From Lama glama (lineage: Eukaryota): a stretch of DNA of 64,000 nucleotides. Location: assembly GCA_028534125.1 (NCBI GenBank), contig CM052827.1, positions 67,642,001-67,706,000 on the forward strand, read 5' to 3'. Positions 27,336 to 37,180 of this stretch are shown one piece after another. The notes under the pieces were generated by a model that did not search any database, was not told the origin of the DNA, and was given only the letters and a program-made list of their open reading frames with translations. The position numbers and the translations under genes were made by a program. How positions within the stretch are numbered: the stretch's first letter is position 1; every line of letters starts with the position of its first letter.

Positions 27336-28989
27336 TCTGTAAGCAGAAAATGAAGATCCAAAGGCCAGTTACCATTATTCCTGGGTTATTAAGTAATTAT
27401 TGTCAAATTCTGCTAGGGTGGGAGTAAATCCTGTTCCTAAACAGGGGACAAGTTTGGGAGGTCACAAAGGCTGTTCTGTTTCATCCTGAAACAGTGACAG
27501 TTGCTGATGAGAGTCCTCAAGTAAATTAGTGAACCAGGGGGCCAGGAGCACACCTGGGCATAAAAATACAGGCAAAACACTACGGCTGCACAGGCCTTCC
27601 AAGAGTCTCTCTTAATGGCTTGTTTCCACTTTTAATCCCATGATGCATTTGGCAAGAAGAGGTATAAACACAGACATCTCACAATTAAACTCAAATTTAA
27701 GAAGTCCACATCTACTTATCTAGGAAAAGATGAAGCTCACTGCTCGGTGCTCATGGTGTATCTTGCCTACTTAAGGTGAATGCAATTGTGCCAGTTACTA
27801 ATATTATCACAATGCTCAAAGCTGCTGTATTTTAGGGGAGATTAAAGTTCTGAAGGACTCCTGGAATACTGGGATCTTATCATTCAAATTACCTCCATGC
27901 TGCCAACAGGAGAAAGAAGGCAGGGAGGAGGCAGTACAAGTTTACCAGGCTGAGTACCTACAAAGGATTTTCCTTTCAAAGCAAAATTAATGATGTAGTA
28001 ACTGTTTTATAATAAAACCTTCAGCATTAGAGTGGTATAGTCAGCGTACAACACCATGAGTTTAAATTCTACAACTAACCCTGCTTCTGGAGGGACTCTG
28101 GGCACCAACAAGGTGAGGGGCTAAGTGCGCACAGTACAGTGATGGAGCACGTCCCCTCCCTGCTCCAGAAGGAGACCCTTCTTCGCAGAATCTCACTTCC
28201 CTCCCCTCAGGTCATATGCTCAGATCCCTTCCTCCAAAAGAAAAGGAAAGAAGTTGCTACCAGCTTGAACATCATTCAAACATTTACTTTGAGGCTACAA
28301 TCTTTCCAACAAACTGATTCTCCTTTACGGTCATACCTCCCCTAGTGTCCCTCCACCAGCTGGACAAACGGAGGTGGAGAAACAAGGCCAGGCTTTCACT
28401 GGGGGGACGTCCATCTGATTTAGTCTGCAGAGAGAGGAGGTGCTAGGGAAACGAACAAGTAGAAAGTCTGTGCATAAAACCAGCCTCTGCCTCTAGCATT
28501 CTGCTCGCCACCTATAAACTTTTGAGATAGAGCAAGATAAGCTTGTGAAGTCATCATCTCCCTAGTGAATTTGAGAAAAGTCGTTCTCAATTTTACTCTG
28601 ATGGAAACGGGCATTAAATGAATAAAGCTGTCAGGCTCCTACCTTTAAAAGAACCTCTGTCTCAGCAAGGGAGTCTGGCTAAGAAACCGCGACTGAAGGT
28701 AACAAGCCAGACTCCAGACTAAACATGTCCGAATCAGCTGCCCCTATTCCCGGTCACTGCCTTTCCGGTGTGTGTCTGCATCGCCAATTCCCCCAGTTCC
28801 GACGGCCCAGCTCCCCCAGAACAGAAAGCCAAGAGCGGGGATCCCTGCTCCAGCGGCTGAGGAGGTGGGAGCTCTGAGCCTAGACACCAAGGCTCTCGCT
28901 CCCCTTCCCTCACACTTCACCCTCAGCGCATCCTCTCTCCGCCAGGTCCCCACTCCTCTCACCCTCAGTAACACCCAAGCCACCCACTT

Positions 28990-29780
28990 ATGCAGATAAC
29001 CCCTGGCCTGGCGAACAAAGGAACAAAGAGCCGTGACTTCGGCGGCAGCAGGAGGAGAGCAGCGGCTGGAGAGGGCGGCTGCGGACCCGCCCGGGGCGGG
29101 TGCGAAGCCGGGCAGGTCCCGCGGGCGCCTCGCTGAGCCTCGCGGCCCGGGGCCGACGCGCCCGGCCTGGAGACACCCCCCGGGGGAGAACGCAGCGAGC
29201 GCGGCGCGAGCAAGGAAGCGCACGCGAGCCGGGCTGCTGCAGCGCGCCCGCCCGGCGCCCGCCCCGCACCTGGACCAGGCGGCCACCGCGCTCGCTCGGG
29301 GCGCGCTCCTCTCCGGGGACTGGCTTCCGGCGGGCTCCGCGGGCTGGAAGCGGCGTCGCGCGGGCTTCACTCCTCCATCGCGGGCCGGCGGCGCGTCACG
29401 GGCAGCCGTGCACTTCCTGTTTGAAACAACAGCGAGAGAAAGAGCGAGAGCCACCCGCGCGCTGGCGCTGGCCGGGCGGAGAGGCGCGCGGGCCGCGGGG
29501 GAGGGCGGGCGGGAGAGGCGCCCGGCGCTGTCCCCGCGGGCGGCCCGCGCCCTGGGGCCCGCGAGGCGGCAGCCGGGCCCGGCCTCCCCCTGCCGGCGGC
29601 CTCGCCCGCGCGCACGGGCGGCCCTTCCGCTCCCAGCCCCCGCCCGGGCCCTCCCCGCCCCGCGCCTACCTAGTCAGCCACACGCCGTCCGCCTGCCGCG
29701 GTTTTCCTCCTTTCGTCTTCTTCCTGCCCTCGGGGGAAGCAAAAAAAGGCTGAGGGAGGGTATAAAGACAAGACCGCGCC
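28990..29780. promoter_or_regulatory. Second CpG island / alternative promoter
   Basis: CpG-dense block, GC boxes, ETS site (cacttcctg 29411-29419), half-CRE (gcgtcacg ~29393-29400), AP-1 TGACTCA nearby at 29904-29910. Confidence 0.88.
29270..29460 (-). other. Candidate alternative first (5'UTR) exon; 5' end approximate
   Basis: Minus-strand donor CAG|GTGCGG after 29270; pyrimidine-rich initiator-like stretch and ETS motif near 29410-29455. Confidence 0.65.
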
Positions 29781-29947
29781 TTTCCAGGGGAGAGGAAGCT
29801 GGATTTGTGCAAAAATTTAAAGTTAAGAGCCACATCCCAGTTACCCACTACCGCTCAGCAGCCGAGAGCTTCGGGATGGGAAATGACTTGTCTCGCGCCT
29901 GGGTGACTCAAAGGGAGAGCGTGCACACAGTGGCCGCGAACTGCCAC

Positions 29948-29988
29948 CAAAAAAAAAAAAGAAAAAAAAAAGAAAAAGAAAAACGAAG
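29948..29988 (+). repeat. A-rich low-complexity tract upstream of the second promoter
   Basis: aaaaaaaaaaaagaaaaaaaaaagaaaaagaaaa. Confidence 0.85.
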
Positions 29989-30534
29989 GAACTGTTCTGG
30001 GCTCCTAGGATGTCTCTGCTGGGATGCTTGCCCACACAGAGCCCTAAGATTTCTACATACCAACTCCACCCCAAAGACGACGGCATACTGCCTTCTTCCA
30101 GAAAGCAGTTACTCCTCTGTGCCTCTAAGAATCACACAGCAGTTCCAAAGTTCTGGGTTTATGCAGAACTTAGGTGAACCTTAGGGCAGCGTTTAAAAGG
30201 CAGTGACAGATGGTTTCAGAATCTGCCACGTGCAGAGCATGCCTGCTCTAGGAGTTTGCTCACGCTGCCTTTGCAGCGAGTTTCTGGGCTTCCAGGTGTG
30301 GACAGCTTCATCTGCACCCTGCCGGCCCCTGCCCACGAGTCTGTCGGGTTACGACACTCACACAGGACTGCCTCTGGTAAGTGGCTCCTTTTATCATCAA
30401 GGTGATGCCTGAAAGAGTTATTCCTGTTTCAAAACTCAACATGGAGACTAGACCATAAAGCAAGCTTCTTCTACATAGAAAGATAAATTTGACTGAAGTA
30501 GAAAAAAACTGATGGACATTAAGCTCTGGCTCAG

Positions 30535-30740
30535 CGTTAGCATCTCATTTTAACCTCCTCTTAGTCTTTACATTTCCCAACAGACCTGCAAACAGTCCTA
30601 TTCTCATATTCCCAACTGAGGAAACAGGGTCAGAAAAGTTAAGTAACTGTCCTGATGTCTCAGCTAGAAAGTGGTCAGATGGAGAACTGAAGAAGAGGTC
30701 TTTCCTGAACATAAAACCTGGGCCATTTCCTCAACACTCC
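30535..30740 (-). mobile_element. MIR SINE
   Basis: tgaggaaacagggtcagaaaagttaagtaactgtcc...cagctagaaagtgg. Confidence 0.7.
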
Positions 30741-31968
30741 ACTAATTCTCAAGACAAGAGTGACTTCTCTGAGAAAAGCCAAGCCCGGCGGCCGTCTGTG
30801 AGCCGTCCCTTCGCCTCCAGACGAGCCTGCAGGCCCCACGCTATCACTCTGCTGAACTAGCGAGGCTCCTGACCCACCTGAATCCTGCGCAGCTGGACTG
30901 CTCAGTCAGAGGATGCTGTGCTCTTCCCCACTGTCCGCTGCTGGCTCCAGCAGCCTTCTCAGAATTACTCGGTGGCAAAAGTTCAGAAGGTACCAGGACA
31001 GCCACTCACATGCCGAGGGACAAAGTCTGTCCAGCTCAGTTCTTAATCAGCTGACTAGTGTTTATTCCCTGAATTCTTTTTCTCTAACAGGATCTTTTCA
31101 AAAAGAAGGGAAAAAGCAAACAGACAAAAACTGCACACACACAAAAATGCACAGCCTCTGCTTCCAGTGAAACCTGAAATCTCTCACTTTCCATTTCCTT
31201 CTGCTTTAGTGCTTCGTTCACACTCACCTGTCAGCAGCACACTGCTGTTAGCTTCCCGACAAGCCAAGAAACAAAGCATGCATTAAGTGATTAAGACCTT
31301 GGCGAGGGTGAGGGCCCAGGCACTTGGGGAGAGAGTAACACTCTGCATCCTAAACCCACACAGTGCTGTGTGTCAGGAGGAAGCTGGCGCTTCTGTCCTG
31401 TCTCCAGATGAGCTGCATCGCACTCGCCCGTCCCACCACCTCACTCAGCAGTGCAGACTCTGGAGCTGCAGAGCGTGCAGGAGAGGGGCGAGGGCAGTTC
31501 CAGAGGATAGCAGGGACTGGGCTGGACCAGGGCAGGGACTCACTCCCGTCCCTCAGGGCTCAGTACCAGAGACCTCCTGGGGAGGGGTCTTAGCGTCCTT
31601 TTAGGTCCGGCTCTGCCTCTGTTGCCACCTTTTTCCTTCCCCAGGCCCCTGCCTGCCCTGGACCTGTCGACTCCTCATTTCCTCTTACAGACTTCTTCCA
31701 GAAGCACTGCCGTTTCTTCCCCATAAAGTGCCTGGTGGGAGGGAGGGAGGAGGGCATTAAACTCAAACTTCTCTCCTGTCTCTGATTTAGGGGAGAAAAA
31801 GAACTGTCAATAATTACAATGTTTTGGATACAATTCTGTTTTAAAATATCTCTTGGAATCCATGCTTTCATTCCTGTTACTCATTAAATATCCAACAGCT
31901 CAGAAGGAAAACTTCTAAAGAAAAATGAAATTCTTCAGAAAAAGCAAAGGAAACATGCTGTAACTAAC

Positions 31969-32143
31969 CTGTATGGATCTCAACGTTCGTAGTTTGGCTA
32001 ATACACCGCCATTTAGGTTGCACCCGCCCCGACATCCATATATCCTGACAATTGCAAGGCCTAAGCACCGCTTCGTGATTCCCACAGCTCAGCTAGTCCC
32101 CCGCCCCTTCTGTATTTCATGGAAAAGTGTTTCTTCCTGACCA
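31969..32143 (-). other. Candidate 175-nt internal exon (5'UTR or alternative N-terminus)
   Basis: Acceptor ttttctctgcttgacag| before 32143 with upstream ttttaat branch-like motif; donor CAG|GTTAGT after 31969. Confidence 0.5.
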
Positions 32144-32448
32144 CTGTCAAGCAGAGAAAAATATTAAAATCACAACCTCATAAAAAGAGAAAAAAAATGC
32201 TCCCAGAATGGCACAAATGACACCACAAAAAATAAAACTGATTTAGGAAAAACACTGGAGGTTCATTTTGCAAGTCTCCACTCCCTAAGTACAGCAGTCC
32301 ATGGATGAAAAGCACTTTCGGAGGCTCCAAATCAAGTATCGAGAGACACCTTTCCTGAAGACTAACGGGTGTGGAGGAGGAGACAATAAACTCATATCCC
32401 AAAATGCTGTTGCGCATCTTCCCTCATTTTAAAAGAGAGTGACCTTAC

Positions 32449-32521
32449 TCTGTTGATTAAAAAGTGTCTGCCACACAATTTTTCTGTGTAAGGATTCTTG
32501 GCCATTATTACAGCAGGATTT
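32449..32521 (-). other. Candidate 73-nt exon
   Basis: Strong acceptor tctttctgtttgtttgcag| before 32521; weaker donor AGA|GTAAGG after 32449. Confidence 0.35.
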
Positions 32522-33029
32522 CTGCAAACAAACAGAAAGATGACAAGCTATCGGTTACCTAAGAGACTGCCTCTCTGTCCCAGCAGCCTTCGCAGTAGCG
32601 CCCCTGTCTCCAGCCTCACTTCCAGGGCAGCACACGCACCAGGCTTTTCTGTGAAGGGCTCTGGCACTCACACTCCCCTCCTGGCCTCGGCAGAACTCGG
32701 GCCATGGCTTTCAAGGAAGATGTCCTCAGAGCCAACTGGCCGGCTTGACTGGCATTTACCCACAGAGGGCTATTAGCCGTCTTCAGGGAGCCAGCATGTC
32801 GTTTCCCGTGGCAAAACACGTAGAAAGGGGAAGCACATCACCTTTTCAAGAAAATCTGCCTGCAGAGCGAGCCCAGGCTCCCTGTGGGCGCAGTTCTGGT
32901 CCTGAGCAAGTCGAGAAGGAGAGCACGGAGAGCGGCAGCCTGCAGCGAGACGCTGGGCACCAGCCACACGCCAGAAACACAGGCCAGCACGGCCGCAGGC
33001 CTGAGCTCCGAGGTGCCTCAGCTCAGTGC

Positions 33030-33260
33030 TTCCACACACACACACACACCGACTCACCCACCTGGCCAGAGCGGGTCACACGTGCACAGGACCCGCACGT
33101 GCCCCGCCTCCCCGAGTTCCCAGGGCGGCCTCTGTGGGGAGGAGCCGTGGTCGCTGTGTTAGGGGTGGAGCGCACGCTTGCCAAGTCCCTTCTCTCAAAG
33201 CAGCAGTTATTGGAGCTCAAACTCCCCCTGGGTCTGCTCCTCCTCTATAACTGAAGAGAA
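33030..33260 (-). promoter_or_regulatory. Candidate non-island promoter/enhancer
   Basis: Two CACGTG E-boxes (33079-33084, 33096-33101), GC box ccccgcctc (33102-33110) and (CA)n just upstream of the candidate minus-strand exons. Confidence 0.35.
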
Positions 33261-34429
33261 GTGAGTGGGTGCATTTTGGCCGTGGAGTTACTACCCTGTG
33301 CTGCACACCTTTCGCTCAGAAGAATCTCACTTTTAACACAACCTGGAACGTTCTCCCTCACTGCATCATGACACTTCATCGCCTGGCCAAGCTTCTGTGA
33401 AGTGTGAACTATAAACATGTATTTGCAACAGGTCAACTGATTTTCACACCCTAGTAATGTGTGGATATAAATTATTGTTAAATTATTTTATTATAAATAA
33501 AAATACATTTTATATAAATATAAAAAATTAAATGTTCTTTAGGTGGCAGCTGAAAAGTAGTTAATAAAATAATAAATCAGACTGTGAAGGACAAAATCTT
33601 AATACATGTTTTTCCAAGTTTCCTCTCTCGTTCTTTAGTTAGTACATGAATATATACGTAAAGTGTGCCATGATGACTGATGTACTGTGATTTAGTGAGC
33701 ATAAATATGAAGGGTTAGCAAGAAGCCATAAGGATTTGACTAAATGCCAAAACCTGTACGTAAATTAAGAGCATTCAAACTGTCCCGGCACAGACTGCTA
33801 GTGATGAACAGTCTTGAGTTATTTACCGACTGTTAATCATGGTGTGTATTGTGTAGACTAAACACTGTCCTATAAGACGTTTTTCTTAAGAAGGCATGTT
33901 TTGTCTATTCATCTTCTATAGTGGGTATTTCTGCTTCCTTACTGAAAAAAGGTTTTTAATTCTCTTTGGACATCCATTTAAAAACAATGCATTAAAAATC
34001 CAACAACTTAAAAGAATTTGTCTTAACAAGTCAAATAAATAAAATGTTCATTATTAAGAAAATAACGTTCTTGAAAGAATTTTAAAAATATATAAACATT
34101 TGTATAATTACACATCAGAAAGTGGCAAAATATATGAGCTGATAGGGAGTAAGTCCCACATCACTGTCCGCTGAGCACATCGTCAATTCTCAATTATCTG
34201 TTACAACGGCGTCCTAAGGAAGAAAAGCAATTTACAAGCAATTTGAGGAGGCAAAGATGGACAGTTTGATTTTCCTTTCCTTCCCTTTGCCTGCAGTGGA
34301 GTGACTAAAGCAAAAAATGTGAAAGAAAAACAAAGTGCCTGCAAAATCCAGAAAAGCTATTACAAACCTTTAAAAGATTATTCATCAATTTTTAAACTAA
34401 ACCTAGCTAAACAAATTCCAACCACTTTG

Positions 34430-34570
34430 TTCCTGACAACAACTCTATGAGGCAGGAACTACCACTGCCTCCATCTTACAGACCAGGAAACAGACACAGG
34501 CCCTTAAGCAACCTGCCTGAGTAGCACCGCCAGCAAAGCCCAGAACTCGGCAGCTGGCTGCCCACCGCCC
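34430..34570 (-). mobile_element. MIR SINE
   Basis: acaacaactctatgaggcagg...ccatcttacagaccaggaaacagac. Confidence 0.7.
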
Positions 34571-34879
34571 ACCCTGACCCTGCGCTTCGCCACCGCCGGG
34601 GCGCAGCTGGCCCGGGCTCGCTGTCTGCGGCGTGCAAGTTCACGGGGAGCAGCCCCATGACTCGGCAGGAGGGGAGGACTGAAAGGCTCAGACGCTTTCC
34701 TCTCTGCAGCAAGAATGTAACCACTGGTTGCACAGGGTCAAGGATGCAGGTCCTGCTACATGTTACTGAATAAACGAATACTGAAAAGAAAGGAACAGAG
34801 ATTTGCTGCAAAGTCAGGAAGGAGGGCTGCTGCCTTTCCTCGACCAGAATCCTCGACTGCAAGGCTCCAGGTTTGCCTG

Positions 34880-35040
34880 GCTCAGGTCACCTGAACTGGC
34901 AAGGGAAGGGAATGCCATGAACTCCCCATGCTTTGATCTTGATAAAGCATTTGATACGGTGTCCCAGACAATCAGGATCACTAAATCCACTGAAACTTAC
35001 GTGGCTATAAGAACCACACAGGAGTTAAGCAGGCTGGGGA
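34880..35040 (+). mobile_element. L3/CR1 LINE reverse-transcriptase fragment
   Basis: Translates as ...GNAMNSPCFDLDKAFDTVSQTIRITK..., matching the CR1/L3 RT motif YLDFSKAFDTVSH. Confidence 0.7.
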
Positions 35041-36324
35041 GAAAAAAACCAGACTGGAAACATCCACCAGTGGATGAAGAAAAGGGCCACAAGGAACAGT
35101 ATTCAATCTGTATTCAAAAGTAACTTAGAAATTGTTCACATTGTTATAATCAAATTTGCGCAAAACATTAATTTGGGGAGGTGTGATAAAGGGCAAATGA
35201 GGGCAAGCCAATTGACTTAGTTAAATTAACAGAGTGGTGAAGAAAAACAAGACGTTCGGTCTCATTTTTGTGCTCTCTTTAATTTTCAGGGAGGGGCTGA
35301 GGATGCCACTGGGAGGGAACTGCCTCTGGACCTGAGATGCCAAGGCTGAGCTAAGTGAAGTAAGCAGTAGCAAACTGGAAATGTTTACGATCTTAGGCCC
35401 CTCGGTCTGAACTCAAAAAAGCATGATTCTATGATTCCACACGCCAGCAGTAAAGTTCCATGGGAAACAGTATTTCTTTCAACAAGAAGACTTTGTTGGC
35501 AAAACTCAAAGCAATGAAGGGGCTCAAAGGCTGAATTTAGAGGTCAGATGAAAAAGTCAGTGGTGTATGTATAATCTGGCCCCACTACAAATATGCCGCA
35601 CAGGCAGAAGGTCATGAGAATGATTTGCAAACACACGGCAGGATAAAGGACAGCGGAGAAGGAAGAGCAAAGAGAGCTGAAACTTGGACTAACATTATTT
35701 TTTTAAGCATAAATTACAATTTCTAATTTTTTTAATGTTGAGAAATCACTTCTCCCTTGGTAGAACTATTTGCCTTCCCAGCAAAAATTATACTTTAAAA
35801 GTTGAGTAGTTGATTTAGAACTCAAGAAACGGAAGTAAGAGAGGTCTGTGACATCTGGGAAAAAAAAATGGCCTAACTTCACGCTGGGTCCCAGGGAACA
35901 CAAGTGAGCATCGTTTCCCGCATCTCCCAGAGACTGAAGACCTGAGTCGTCAGCCCTGCGGCCACCACGCTGCGGGCAGCGGACTCCGCAGCTCGTGCTC
36001 TATGAGGGGCTGTCGATGAAGGGACAGTCACCACGGAAGCCCCACATGTTATGTTGCTTCCTTCAAACTACGCTCTCCAAAAAAGGGAGCGGGGTGCTTA
36101 GCACAAAGGCAAACAAATTAGAGCGATACTGAATTCCAGACATGAATGGGAACATGGATGTGCAAGTGATGATGCCATGAGATTATTTAATATCTCAGAG
36201 AATCAAAGCAGACGATAAAGTCTAAATAGACAGACTTCCCCAAGGTTTGGTTGCCAGCCCCCTCCTATGGTTTAGAACTCATCCGCACAAGGACAAACTC
36301 ACAGCCAGCCTCAGAATGCCTACA

Positions 36325-36480
36325 GCACTATTCCCTTATCTGACGGCACTCTGAATCCCCCACGGGCTTTTAAACACAGTGTCTCCTGGGGAGTGCAGGT
36401 GGGGTGGAGTGTTCCCAGAATCTGTATGTTTAAGAAGCTCCCGGTGACCCTAGCTGCAGCCTGGTCGGGGCACCTCTGCT
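36325..36480. mobile_element. MER5-like hAT-Charlie MITE
   Basis: cccagaatctgtatgtttaagaagctcccggtgaccctagctgcagcc. Confidence 0.65.
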
Positions 36481-36554
36481 GCAGACACCCTACTCCTTTC
36501 TTGACTCCAGAATCAGCGACGGACGCCAGAGACTAGAGCAAAGGATTTCCCTTC

Positions 36555-36845
36555 CCAAGAACCTTTAATGGAATAACCTTCAAAGGCAATGGAATGAAGT
36601 CCAAATTCCTTAGCAGAACGCTTGAGGCCCTCTGTGATCTGTCCCAAACTACTTTCTGCCCTCCTCCCCTCCACATCCCTGACTCTGTCACAGTATCATT
36701 CCCCAAACACATCACATGCTGCTTTTGTCTCCCGACGCTCCCTCAGCTCCCCTACCCCTTCCCTACCACACACCCTCTTTCTCATCCTTCAAGGCCAGGC
36801 TGCCAAGTTATTTTTCTTTGTGAAATCTTCTCTGATCTTTCTAGT
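36555..36845 (+). mobile_element. L2 fragment
   Basis: aagtccaaattccttagc...ggccctctgtgatctg...ctcatccttcaaggccagg. Confidence 0.7.
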
Positions 36846-36974
36846 CAAAATGTCCAAAAAACCAAATGTCCAAAAACCTTAGCTCCTGCAGAAATTACAG
36901 TATACGTGGCACGCTGCACTGAATTACACGCTGGTTCTGCCGGAAAGCAGGGCACATCTTCCTCATCTCTCCCA

Positions 36975-37180
36975 CTGTGGATGAGAGACAGCTCCTCCAG
37001 GTACTCACGCACACTGTCACCCTTGGCAGGTTATTTCAACGCTTTGAGTCTCAATTTTGTAATCTTTGAATGAGACACTCAAAAAGCAATCCCCACCTTC
37101 ACGACTGCCGTGAGGATGAAACACAGAATGCGCCCGGCCCACCGCGGACGCCTGAGGTGCACCTACGCGGGTGCTGCTGT
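36975..37180 (+). mobile_element. MIR SINE
   Basis: cccttggcaggttatttcaacgctttgagtctcaatttt...gccgtgaggatgaaa. Confidence 0.65.

Noticed and set aside
28700-28730. Possible p53 response element (AAACATGTCC)
   Set aside because: Only one good half-site; the partner is mismatched and widely spaced.
28744-30184. 236-, 383- and 217-aa ORFs at the second CpG island
   Set aside because: Ala/Arg/Gly/Pro-rich frames open on both strands because stops are rare in GC-rich DNA; one runs through a poly-A tract.
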